NCBI RefSeq assembly: GCF_006345805.1
Contig: NC_043000.1
Location: 141,112,001-141,176,000, forward strand
DNA: 64,000 bases
From: Octopus sinensis
Taxonomy: Eukaryota
Direction: 5' to 3'
The notes under the pieces are model-generated. The model did not search any database and was not told the origin of the DNA. It saw only the letters and a list, made by a program, of their open reading frames with translations. The translations under genes and the position numbers were made by a program. Below are positions 1 through 12,081 of this stretch, one piece after another (positions within the stretch are counted from its first letter, which is position 1; every line of letters starts with the position of its first letter).

Positions 1-97
1 TTAAATCCTGTAAAACAAATCTTCTCAGTTTTTTTCATCTTTTTTCTTTCTCTATTTATATCAACCACATGTTTCCCCACTAAAATATTTTCTACCT

Positions 98-129
<32 letters not shown>

Positions 130-1011
130 CAAATTAGAGATAAAACCACTATTAGGCAAATCAAACAGTGAAAATCATAAGCCAATACATAGAAATAAAA
201 TTAATTAAAAAATATATAAAAAATATAAAATATGAAATATAAAAATCCAATTGAAATATTTAAATTAAAGTTGAAATTTTAAAAAATTTTTTACAATTAT
301 TTAAATTAATATTTTAAACTTATAAGTTATAAATATATATATTTTTTAAAATTATTTTATTTAATTCTTATTTTTTTATTTATTTTATTTTTCTAAATAT
401 TTTTTTTTTATTTTTCTAAATATTTTTTTTTTATTTTTTAATATTTATATTTTTATTTATTTATTTATATATATTTTTTTAATAAACTATCAAAAAATAT
501 TAAAAGTTTAATATAAGATATAGTTTGCTGCTCTGTTAAGGTAATATAAAAAAATGTACTCCATCTAGTGAGAGATAAATATAATTTACTGTATACTGTA
601 TTAAAATAGGAGCTACTTATAGTTTCTTGCCATTAAGACACGTGGATAAGTAGGTGTTTTAAAAATATGACATGTTTCTCCAAACAATATTCAGGATGTG
701 AGCACATGGTTTGTTCTATTTGAATATCAGTACTTTGGTACATGAGAAAGAATGAGAAGGTTGATGCCAAAAAGTGGAATGCGAAGATTAAGGGTGAATA
801 AAAAAGGAACAAAGAAAGGGAAGAAAAGAAAGAAAATTAGAGTAAGCAGTTTTCAAAGAGAACAAAAGCATGTACTCAGAGCCCAAAGATTGTTTAGAGA
901 CACAAAGCACATTAGAAAAACCTGCCTATCCACATGTCTTAATGGCAAGAAACTGTTAGTAGCTCTTATATATTATATTTTAATTTAATAATACATATCA
1001 TATATTATGTG

Positions 1012-1350
1012 TGAATGTGCATAGCTTAGTGGTTAAAGTGCTGGGCTCATGATCCTGAGGTGGTGAGTTTGATTCCTGGACCAGATTGTGTATTGTGTTC
1101 TTGAGCAAGACAACTTATTTCACATTTTTCCACTTCATTCACTTGTAGAAATGAGTTGCAATATCACTGGTGGTAAGCTGTACTGGCTTTTGCCTTTCCC
1201 TTGGATAAAATGTGACATGGAGACGGGCGGTTGGTTTGCATAGGTGACTGCTGGTCTTCCATAAACAAGACAACCTTGCCTGGACTTGTGCCTTGGAGGG
1301 GAACTTTCTAGGTGCAATACCATGGTCATTCATGATTGAAGGGGGTCCTT
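1012..1350 (+). mobile_element. tRNA-derived SINE (head type H2, CORE-like segment)
   Basis: A-box/B-box-like head (gcatagcttagtggttaaagtg...gagtttgattcctgg) followed by gtgttcttgagcaagaca. The same head occurs at 17117-17430 (-). Confidence 0.75.
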
Positions 1351-1533
1351 TTGCTTCTCATATATTATATATATATATATATTTATTCATACACACACAC
1401 ATTTATATATACACATATATATATATTCATACACACACACACACATTTATATATACACACATACATACATATTTATCTCTATCTATCTATCTATCTATCT
1501 ATATAATGTATATGTCTATATATGTGTGTGTGT

Positions 1534-4500
1534 TGAAAAAAAGGAGGCAGTCAGAATTTTGGATAATTCTTTATTAGCATTTTCGTTCATTTTTTGAACT
1601 CAGCAAGACAAAATCAAAACCAAAATGGTAAAAACAGAACGTTTTGTTGTTCATTTACATGAAGCGATGACTTTTTAGCTTTGTTTAGAGGAGGAGAATA
1701 TTGTTTTTGCTTTTTTGGAAAAAGGGGGAGAGAGAGAAAGAAAGCAAAGAGGGGGAATAGACTAAGAGAGAGGTTTCAAAACAATCAAGAAAGAGGAGAA
1801 AATTTAATAAAGGATGGGGAAAGGATATATAGATAGATAGAGGTTTCTTTTCAATTTGATGTGGTTGTGGTCAATTCCCAGAAATTTCATTATAAAGCAT
1901 TTTTTCTGTTTTTCTTTCTTTTTTCTTTCCATTGTAGCCAACACCTACCAAAATTAGCGAAGCAAAGAAAACCCAATTCTTCCCAGAAAATTTCTTATTA
2001 AAGAAATAAGAGGTGAATCGCTGGAAGAAACGACAGTATGTGCAAACTTAGCTTCATGGTGACTGGAAGCAGAAATTTCTCTTCTACAATCGCAAAAAAT
2101 ACGACACGAAGAGAAACTCAAAACAATTGATGCATTTATGTTTGATGAAATCGCTGAATGAAGTGACAATCAGAGTCACGAAAAATTACAACAACTACGG
2201 AAAGAAGACACAGAGCAGAAAGAAGAAGAATCCATAAAAATGTGGGAAAACAAAAAGAGTGGTTTACTAGCTATGAAAAAAAATCTATGGAGAAAAATCC
2301 ATTATGAAAGCGAAACCACAACAACAAAAAAATACAAGGAAATAAAAAACAAACATAGACACCAAACCTAGAAGAACCAGACTAAGGTATTGAACCTTTA
2401 GTTACCCAAGAACATATTCTGCAATACCAAAACAACACTGCAATAAACAAATACATGGAATATAGAAGTCAACCATCAGCCCATAATATCAAATACGATA
2501 GATGGATGAATACATGGGGAAAAGACAAGAAAGACAAGTAACATACACACAACTGTCAATCCATAATACCAAGTACCCTAGATGGATGAATGCATGGAAA
2601 GAAAGACGAATAAAATATGGACAACACAGAAACTGTAATATGAAGAATCATCATGGAAACTCAAGAAATCCACGATTTATAACCAACGATCCCATGCATC
2701 CTGAATGGCCCAATAAACATTGAAGATGGAAAGAAGACAGAACCTATAGACAACAAAATATTTATAAAGAATATGAACAATCCCCTCACCTATGGTGGAA
2801 CCAGAACCCCGGAAACAACAAAAAATGGAAACACAACAATACAATCCTTTTTTAAGGAGAACATATCACAATTGTGCACCAGATCCAATGCAACTGGAAA
2901 TTTTAATGAGCACACAGAACATATAGACCCAAAGATCATAAAATTTGTCAAATAGAAACCTCAAAAAGAATGAGATGAATCTCCAATTGAAAGGTTTCAA
3001 TTTTACCCCGACACCCGCACCTAATCTCAAACTAAAAACTGATATTGAGCATTTTAACTGCCACCTTTGGCTCATAGAATTCTTCAGCAATGAGGATATA
3101 AATGATAAATCAATTGTCAGAAATAAATCCCACTTCACCCATTACAAGGGAAAGGACAAACATTTACATGCATTTATAGACACAATTTCGAAATTTTCCC
3201 TAAGTACCTGTAAAAGTAAAAAGAAAACCTTCATGAAGAAAAAAAGGAAGCCTTATTAACACTGAAGAATGACAATTCAATCATCCCCTAACAGAAGCTG
3301 CTAAGGGAGGGGGCAATAGTAATATGGACAAAGAAGACTATAAAGATAAAATATTGGAAGTTCTAACAGACCAAACTTACTACAAGGAAGAACCAAGACA
3401 CCCAGGAAAAGCAATAATGAATAATATCAAAACACTAATTAATGAATACGAAGATTTCTTCACAGACAAGGAGAAAGATTATTTATGCAAATCTGTAATC
3501 AAAGAGAGCAGTTTCTACAGATTACCTAAAATCCACAAAAACCCCGAAATACAGAGAACCATAAATGAACAGAGGAACCGATACATAAAAATACTAAGAT
3601 TTACTGACCTCAAACTGAGACCAATAGTTGCTGGGCTTCAAACACCAACACAACAACTGTCATTTTTTGGACATATTCTTAAAACTTTATGCCTATTAAT
3701 ACCCAGCTGTATACAGGACAGTATAGATTTCCTCCAGCACATTCCACTCACTGTTCCAGAAGGTACTATACTTACAAGATTTGATGTCTTCAATCTTTAT
3801 ATGAATATACCTCACACTTTGGATCTGGAAGCAGTTAAACGCTGGGTAGAGAAACATAGAATACAGATAAATGAATGCTTCAAAACTGACTTCATCATGT
3901 CTGGTACTAGAAGAAAACGCCTTTAGTTTCAATAATAAAACATATTGACAGATAAAGGGTATAGCTATGGAGATACAGTTTGCACCCTCAAATGCTAATC
4001 TAGCCATGGGATACTTGGAAGAGAAGGTTTTTGAGGAAGTAGAAAAAACGGTTTCTAATCAGAATTACAAGAAATACATCATTAAAATGTAGAAACACTT
4101 CCTCGGTGTCTACTTCATCTTTTGGGACAAATCAAATGAAGACCTACAAATATTTAATAATATACTCAACATACTTCACTCATCCATCAATTGCTGACAG
4201 ATCAGTTGCAATGAATTACTTAGCTTCCAGCTAAATATACAATATATATGCAAAACTAATTTATGACGTTTGATTAAATGTTGATAGAGAATAGATTGAA
4301 TAATAAACAGTACCCGATTATTTCTTATATTCTGACTTTATTTTCCTTATTTATGAATATTGTACTAATATTTAATGTTTTTTCATGCAAAACTTGGAAT
4401 TACAAGTGTAAAGGAATATACATTTTTATAGGACTTTTATTCATATTTCAGTGATGACTGCACCATGCCCTCTTTTTCCTATTTTCCCATCCCACTTTCA

Positions 4501-4898
4501 CTAGCCCTTGTGAGAAAATATGTTCATTTGCAAATATGCTGATAGTTATATAAGGAAAAGAAAAAAAAGAAAGAAAAGATAAAGGGTAAAGAAAAATGCT
4601 TTGTAATGAAATTTCAATGAATTGACCACATCAAATTGAAAAGAAACCTATCTCTCTCTCTGTCGATTTCCCCCTTTGGTTTTCTTTCTCTCTCACTCTC
4701 ATCCTTTTTTCAAAAACAACAAAAATAATATTCTCCTCTCCCTAACAAAGCAAAAAAGCATCTGGTTCTTATAAATGAACAATGAAACATTCTGTTTTCA
4801 TCATGTTGATTTTGATTTTGTTTTGACGAGTTAAAAATGTTAAGGGAAACACTAATACAGAATTATCAAAATTTCTGACTGCCTCCTTTTTTCTCAAT
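1534..4898 (+). mobile_element. Penelope-like retroelement remnant bounded by inverted repeats
   Basis: RT remnants at 2940-4200 (LKGFNFTPTP, YRLPKIHK, LRPIVAG, DSIDFL, FDVFNLYMNIP, APSNANLAMGYLE). 1534-1930 is the reverse complement of 4555-4898 at roughly 75-80% identity by eye. Confidence 0.85.
2940..4200 (+). pseudogene. Penelope-type reverse transcriptase, frameshifted and truncated
   Basis: ORFs 2945-3259 and 3324-3926 plus downstream broken frames carry PLE RT motifs. Stops and frameshifts are present; no GIY-YIG domain follows. Confidence 0.85.
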
Positions 4899-5889
4899 AT
4901 ACAATATCTGAACACCACTTCAAACACTCTATACATAAATAATAAATATATATATATGTATATATATCTATACACACACGTGAAATTTGACTGTGGACCA
5001 CTTCTGTTGCCATTTACAGTTATTTTTAGTTTAAGGGGCAGAGAGAAAAAAGGATTTACTAAGACATAAAAGGTGGGGAGAGTTTTTTTTTGTATATTTA
5101 TTTTATTATACTTCAATATAATTCATTCTTATTTGTTTTCCATTTTTTCTTTTTTTGTAAGTAGATGAAGAGAAATTTAAAATTATTTCATTCTAAACAG
5201 GAACTTATCAATGCACCACAACTTTGGATAAAACTACATGGTCATCTAAAACATTTAGGAACTATATAAACGATCGACTTTACTTTTCTTTTTAAAAAAA
5301 AATGGCGGAGAAAAGATGTGAGAGAAAGTGAGCATTAAAAGCTCATGAGTCACTTACAATTGGGATTACCATTAATATTACACAGAGTATGATCGATATT
5401 TTCTATTTCTTTTACTTTTAATAATTGTGCAGAGTTTGATTGATTGAAAGTCTTTCAAGGGTCTTTTTTATTTCTCCCATTTATCATTGTCTTTTTCCTT
5501 TATATATATATATATGTGTGTATGGATGTATATGTCTGTGTGTGAGAGTGTGTGTATATGTCGTCATGTATGTATGTGTATACTTGTGTATGTACATTCA
5601 CAACGTAGTAATAAGCATTTATTAATTTTTAAGCCCAACTCATTTCTGATTGAATAGATTTCTGATCAAAAATGTTCTAAGCTATGATAATCTCTTCCTT
5701 TTTTTTATTTTCCCTAACGTAGTATCTAAGATTACTTTAACCAGTAAGTCTTTCTTTTTTAAGTTAGCATGGTATAGTGTATAAATTCGTCAGTTAAGAG
5801 AACATATGCACTAACTGGTGCAAGATTCACTGGAAAATGATAAGGATAAGGTTGTTATATCTGAGACAGAAAATTGACAGAATAATCAT

Positions 5890-6700
5890 GACAATGATGA
5901 AATCATAAGTGGTTTTATGATTTCTCCTCAAAATTCACGATAATCCATTTTTAAGCTAATGACAAGTAACTGAGAACTTTAGCAACTAGCTGTGCTTGAG
6001 AAAGACTCATCAAGCCAGTTGAAATCATAGTCATGGCCATTATCAGTGTCATATAAATGACACCAGTGCCAGTGGCATGTAAAAAGACACCCCTTACACT
6101 CTTGGAGTGGTGGTATTAGGAAGGTCAAGATTATGTGCTGTAGGAACCGAAGCCAAATCAGGACTGAGAACCTGGTACAGCTCTCTGAGGCTTGGAGAGT
6201 TCCAGTCAGGAGGCTTTGCCCATGGGAATGAGGAACCGTTATTAGATGATGCTGAGGAGGAAGGAGGGAGGGGAGGAGGAGGGGAGGGAGGAGGTGACAA
6301 TGATGAAATCATAAGTGGTTTTATGATTTCTCTCAAAATTCACGATAATCCATTTTTAAGCTAATGACAAGTAACTGAGACATTTAGCAATATGCTGTGC
6401 TTGAGAAGACTCATCAAGCCAGTTGAAATCATAGTCATGGCCATTATCAGTGTCATATAAATGACACCAGTGCCAGTGGCATGTAAAAAGCACCCCTTAC
6501 ACTCTTGGAGTGGTTGGTATTAGGAAGTGCATCCAGCTGTAGAAACCAAGCCAAATCAGACTGGAACCTGGTACAGCTCTCTGGCTTGCCAGTTCCAGTC
6601 AAACTTGCATGGGAAGTGGACGTTATTAGATGATGATGAGGAGGAGGGAGGGAGGAGGAGAGGAGTAGGAGGAGAGGATGAGGGGAGGATGATGGGAGGA
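5890..6700 (+). repeat. Direct tandem duplication (period 406 bp) including an RTE 3' end
   Basis: gacaatgatgaaatcataagtgg starts at 5890 and again at 6296. Each unit contains the RTE CDS end (gctgtgcttgagaagac) and tail (cacccc ttacactcttggagtgg), followed by GGA-rich repeats. Confidence 0.9.
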
Positions 6701-7918
6701 GGAGAGTGAGGAAGAGAGGAGGAAGAGGAGAATGATACTGTTGATGATAGTGATGACTGCAACAATAATGATGACGGCGATGATGGTGGTGGTGGCGGTG
6801 GTTGTGGTGATGATGATGATGATGAAGAGGAGGTGGAGAAAGGAGTGATAAAATAATTGTGGTGTTCCTTGTACTTTTTCATTTACTATAAAAATAAGAA
6901 AACATTATGAATAATCATAAACAGTATAAGTCCAAATAGTTCTTGATTTAGACTTTCTCTATCCCAAAGGACATTTCCTTTGCTTGAATTCAGAAAAAAG
7001 CAAACTAATAATAACAATAACAACAACCTCATCAAAATGTTTCTAATAGGAAAATTTATTACTGTCAAATACTGGAACATTTTTAGGCTCAGGAAATAAC
7101 TTTACCTGCAAAACCAAAGTAGAATAAATTACTTTTTGTCACTGGTTTTGAAAGTTTTATTGCCCTGTTTCACTAATTATCATATTATACTGCAAAAATT
7201 TCTCTCTAAATGAAAAAGTCATTGACACATCAGAAAATATCAGTGAGAACTAATTGATTCTTGGTAGTATCTTCACTTAGTTATTGAAACATTCATCCAT
7301 ATAGTTATTTTTGTTTAGCCCTGAATTGTTTAGCTCCTTATACAAATAGATGGTCCAGACATTATAGTTTTCATTTTTCATGTATAATTTATCTCAGACT
7401 ATTTTATCTAATGTTCTCTCAGGTTTTTCAATTTAAAAGTTAAACGTAGTATTATTTGAGAGCGATTTGGCTGCTATGTTGAACAGGTTGAACTACTTTA
7501 TACAGGCTATCTCATTGACTTGATCTATTTTAATGTGCTTTTATACTTGACTTATATAACTGTTACTGTCTCATTTGAAATTACAATGCAATTTGCTATG
7601 TCACCACTTATAAAAATATCAAGCACCATACGTACAACACAGCTATAAGATAAATTTCTCATTAAAACAGTTTATTTACTACAACTGTGCTAAATGAAAA
7701 AAAATGCAAACGATTACAATTTTCAATTTGACAAAATAGGAGAAAAAACATTGTCAAGGCAATTAAATTCAGAGAAAATTAGATTGAACATCATATGTCT
7801 TTCCCCACATCCTGACAAATTTCTAAAACATACCATAACATGAATCCAAAAAAATAAATAATGCTGCAATGATTGCATACCAAAGTTTGTTGCAATAATA
7901 AAAGATTGTACAATAGAG

Positions 7919-8293
7919 TGGAAGCACTCCGTCGGTTACGACGACGAGGGTTCTGGTTGATCTGATCAACGGAACAGCCTGCTCATGAAATTAACGTGTA
8001 AGTGGCTGAGCACTCCACAGACACGTGCACCCTTAACGTAGTTCTCAGGGATATTCAGCGTGACACAGAGAGTGACAAGGCCGGCCCCTTGAAATACAGG
8101 TACAACAGAAACAGGAAGTAAGAGTGAGAGAAAGTTGTGGTGAAAGAATACAGCAGGGATCACCACCATCCCTGCCGGAGCCTCGTGGAGCTTTAGGTGT
8201 TTTCGCTCAATAAACACTCACAACGCCCGGTCTGGGAATCGAAACCGCGATCCTACGACCGCGAGTCCGCTGCCCTAACCACTGGGCCATTGT
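7919..8293 (-). mobile_element. tRNA-derived SINE (head H1 + tail T1)
   Basis: Reverse complement of the copy at 39596-39978, with high identity along its length. Confidence 0.9.
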
Positions 8294-8640
8294 AGAGTAG
8301 TAAGTTTCCATCACACTGATATTGCAACACAATTTCAGTATCTGGATGCAGCTATTTCTTTTAACCTGAACAGCTAAGGCAGTCAGGAAAGGCATAACCA
8401 TCATTACTGTCTAAGACATTACACTATAAATCTGTGATTGTTACCATGAAAAAGAAATACTGACTGTGGCTGCTTATGAGATCTATCTAAAGTGTCAGCA
8501 CTGGTGCCCTAAAGTGAAAACAACAACACATAGCAATTCAGCATTTAATCTCCTTTGAAGTAGTCTCCTTCTGAAGCCACACACTTTATCCAGTGTTGTT
8601 TCCATTGACGGAAGCATTCTTGGAACACCTCTTTTTAGGA

Positions 8641-8990
8641 TTGGTTTAGTCCCACTGTGTGGCACCTTGGGCAAGTGTCATTTACTATAGCCTTGGGCCG
8701 ACCAAAGCCTTGTGAGTGGATTTGGTAGATGGAAACTGAAAGAAGCCCATCGTATATATGTATATATATATTTGTATGTGTATATGTTTGTGTGTCTGTG
8801 ATTGTCCCCCAACATCGCTTGACAACTGATGCTGGTGTGTTTACGTCGCCTAAACTTAGTGGTATGGCAAAAGAGACCGATAGAATGAGTACTAGGCTTA
8901 CAAAGAATAAGTCCTGGGGTCGATTTGCTCAACTAAAGGTGGTGCTCCAGCATGGTCACAGTCAAATGACTGAAACAAGTAAAGAGAAAG
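8641..8990 (+). mobile_element. SINE family C (CORE-like), 5'-truncated
   Basis: gtggcaccttgggcaagtgtc...gaccaaagccttgtgagtggatttggtag...gcagtcaaatgactgaaac pattern shared with 34737-35130. Confidence 0.9.
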
Positions 8991-9059
8991 TTGCTTCACT
9001 GCATTTTCTTGGATTTCCATGATGTTTTTACTAGTGGGGTTTGATTTTTGCCTTGGTTT

Positions 9060-9450
9060 CAGGTTCATAGCTATGTCTACCTTATTTTAATGTATGAAGT
9101 GGGACATGATCTATGACACCAGAAATGAGAAAGTGCTTGGAGGACTGTGAAATGTGGTTTTTAAAGAGAATATTGTGGATAGTATGGAGAAAATGTCCAT
9201 GCTATCCACAATATTCTCCATACTATCCATAATATCCAGGCTGCCGTAAATAGGAAACTGCTTTGAGAAATAAAGGCCAAGTGAATGAGATTCCTCGGTT
9301 GTGTGATTGGGAAAGAGAACCTAAAGAATTTAGAGATGACCGGAAAGATTGAAGGAAAAAAGAAGCAGAGGAAAGAGAAGGATGATAATGGATGTCAAGC
9401 TTGATGAACTAGTTGAAATAAAGTGGCATTAAACACCAGAAAGTGGAAAT
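9060..9450 (+). mobile_element. RTE-clade LINE 3' fragment, decayed
   Basis: Translates to EMWFLKRILWIVW and GKIEGK..RGK-like RTE C-terminal motifs, with stops. Confidence 0.65.
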
Positions 9451-9674
9451 ATTTCAGTAAACAGAGAACCAAGAATTCTGGTAGGTCATGATTGCCTTTG
9501 TTCTACATTTTGGGCAAGAAGAAGATGTAATCCCATCTAGCACCCACTCAAGCAGCCCAAATGTTAGTGCATTAGTGTCATGACTGGTACAGCCAACACA
9601 TTGTAGGCTAGTGATTGTTTGCATGCAAAAAGTTCTGAGGACAATATTTTCTTTATTCTGGTATTATCTTCTCT

Positions 9675-9912
9675 AAGGCGGCGAGCTGGCAGAAACATTA
9701 GCACGCCGGGCGAAATACATAGCCGTATTTCATCTGCCGTTACGTTCTAAGTACAAATTCCACCGAGGTCGACTTTGCCTTTCATCCCTTCGGGGTCGAT
9801 AAATTAAGTACCAGTTACGCACTGTGGTTAATATAATCGATTAATCAGTTTGTCTGTCCTTGTTTGTCCCCTCTGTGTTTAGCCCCTTGTGGGTAGTAAA
9901 GAAATAGGTATT
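9675..9912 (+). mobile_element. SINE family B (Nin/Deu-like core), full length with TSD
   Basis: aaggcggcgagctggcagaaac...gactttgcctttcatcccttcggggtcgataaattaagtacc...gggtagtaaagaaatag. Flanked by ggtattatc(t/c)tctctaa on both sides. Confidence 0.9.
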
Positions 9913-10049
9913 ATCCTCTCTAACTATGCCATCTTTGTTGCAGATTACCACACTGGAAATATTTCTATCCACTCCCAAGCACCTGTACCATTATACAGCT
10001 AAAATCATATATATATATAGTCAGACCATTGATTGTAATGTTAGTAAAT

Positions 10050-10250
10050 TGGTTTATAGTTCTCTTTTGTTTTTGGCACTGCAAGAGTATTTATCCTGGA
10101 TATACTCCATCCTTGTATTCTCTGAGAAATTTGTAACTATGCAATGGTATGAAGGCTTTCCTTCATACGATTCACATTCTTGATATGCATTTTCAGATCA
10201 TTGGCAAAGAAGCAATGTGCCAAGTTTGTAGCTCAGTCTTCCTGTGGGTT
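10050..10250 (-). mobile_element. R4/Dong-like LINE RT fragment, very decayed
   Basis: Minus strand reads FFANDLKMHIKN..MKESLHTI and TNFSENTRMEYIQDK, matching the YMDDLKLY...FSxDIxMEFGxDKC region. Confidence 0.55.
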
Positions 10251-10329
10251 AATCACCATTTACTTCAATTTTTCTAGATAAAAAGAACAGGATTTTTACT
10301 GTAAGTGTAGATTGCATCACACACAGACA

Positions 10330-10762
10330 GTCATCATCATCGTTTAACGTCCGCTTTCCATGCTGGCATGGGTTGGACGGTTTGACTGGGATCAGTGGAG
10401 GCACATGGCCTAGTGGTTAGGGCAGCAGATTCGCAGTCGAGGGATCACAGGTTCCAATCTCAGACTGGGCGATGTGTGTGTTTATGAGCGAAACATCTAA
10501 GCTCCATGCGGCTCTGGTAGAAGGTAATGGCAAACTTCTGCTGACTCTTTCACCACAACTTTCCCTTGCTCTTTCCTCCTGCATCTTGCAGCTCACCTGT
10601 GACAGACTGGCGTCCCGTCCAGGTGGGGAACCTATATGCCAAGGAAACCAGTCCTTATGAACCAGGTATGGCTCGAGAAGAAACAAACTTATGTTACAAA
10701 ACCTTGACTGGGATCTGGGAAGCCAGGAGGCTGCACCAGGCTCCAATCTGATCTGACTGTCA
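10330..10762 (-). mobile_element. RTE 3'-end fragment split by a SINE insertion
   Basis: catcatcgtttaacgtccgctttccatgctggcatggg at 10330-10392 resumes as gactgggatctgggaagccaggaggctgcacc after about 10705. Confidence 0.8.
10396..10690 (+). mobile_element. tRNA-derived SINE (H1-like head, V-SINE-like tail)
   Basis: Head gtggaggcacatggcctagtggttagggcagc. Segment cctgtgacagactggcgtcccgtccaggtgggg at ~10596 resembles the V-SINE conserved domain. Confidence 0.7.
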
Positions 10763-11499
10763 CTTTGAAATATATTTCCACTTTACTATATCTTATCAGT
10801 GACAATAAAACCATGTATGTATGTATGTATGTCATTTCTTTTAGTTTTATTGAAGTTTGTCATAAGAGATTTCAAGCTGGTTACTGATAAAGCAACAAGA
10901 CGTTTTGCATTAAGAGGGTTCCCGGCATTTGTAAATATGTGGTTGAATTAATGTGTTAGTTGATCTGTTGATGAACACACCCAAATGTGTACATCTATCC
11001 ATCTAAATAACCTCTTACAAACCTTCTCTGTTCCTCTAATACGTAGGATTTCAAGAATGTGCAACAGTTTCTTTTGCTCTTTCTTCAAAAACAAAAACCA
11101 ACCTTATACGTATGTATGTATGTATGTATGTATGTATGTATGTGTGTGTGTGTATGTATGTGTGTATTATGCATATAGCTGTATATAATATATGCATGTA
11201 AGTAGTATACATGTTTGTAAGCTAAATAACTAACCAGATAAACACATTTTTGCTTTCCTTGCTCCTGAGTTACAAAAACAAAAAGCATCTCTAAATAATT
11301 AACCCCAATCATTATTTTGCATCCAAGGTAAATCGCAAGTAAGAGCAGTGACAAAACCAATAAATAAAGGTGTACCAGGTCCATGTAATAACATTGCGAA
11401 GGAAAATAAAGCAATATTAGCATTTTGGATAGGTGCCTTTAGGCAAAACAGACAGAAAAAAAGAGAATAAAAAGGAAATTAATGCATATAAATATATAT

Positions 11500-11715
11500 A
11501 TATATATATAGTTAATCCAAACAAGAAAACACAGAAAAACACAACAACGTGAGGACATGGAACAAATATAGTATTATTGGACGCTCAGGAAAGAAGGGAA
11601 GAAGGAGGGTTTAATGTTTCGAGCGGAGCTCTTCGTCGGAAACATAGGAGAAGGAAAGATCCAGAGAAGGGAAGACAGAGGAAAAAATTCGCCAACGGTA
11701 CACACGAGGTCACAT
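11500..11715. repeat. Probable Penelope-associated terminal-repeat fragment between (AT)n tracts
   Basis: Contains the hairpin atgtttcgagcggagctcttcgtcggaaacat, whose minus strand has a hammerhead-like core. Confidence 0.45.
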
Positions 11716-11895
11716 TATATATATATATATGTATGTATATGAAATGGAATGGAATATATTTGCTCACATGCTTCTCTGATAACAGCACATTGCATTTTTC
11801 TATGTCTTGAAAAATGCACATTGCCTTTTTCTATTGTCTTGATAAAGACAATTGCAGGAAATACTGACTTTTCTTTCTTGTTTCTGCAGCAGAAT

Positions 11896-12081
11896 AATTT
11901 GGATTTGTAGTCTTGTCATGCTTTTGTCATTTTTAGCTTCTGTTTTTGTTTGTGATATACTCTAGATGTATATCTTTATGCATGGATCAATTTGGATTTG
12001 TAGTCTTGTCATGCTTTTGTCATTTTTAGCTTCTGTTTTTGTTTGTGATATACTCTAGATGTATATATTTATTGCATGGAT
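11896..12081. repeat. 93-bp direct tandem duplication (2 copies)
   Basis: aatttggatttgtagtcttgtcatgcttttg... starts at 11896 and 11989; the copies are near-identical. Confidence 0.9.

Noticed and set aside
190-500. Extreme AT tract as an origin or hairpin
   Set aside because: Low-complexity A-rich then T-rich sequence; pairing is non-specific and no function can be supported.
752-988. Lys/Arg-rich 78-aa ORF as a gene
   Set aside because: The basic stretch comes from an A-rich purine tract after a donor-like site; no recognisable domain.
7029-7107. Minus-strand terminal exon (VKLFPEPKNVPVFDSNKFSY*)
   Set aside because: Good acceptor but short, with no link to other candidates; indistinguishable from chance.
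10197-10290. Plus-strand exon with ttttcag / gtaagt sites
   Set aside because: Stops in all frames, and the opposite strand is explained as a LINE RT remnant.
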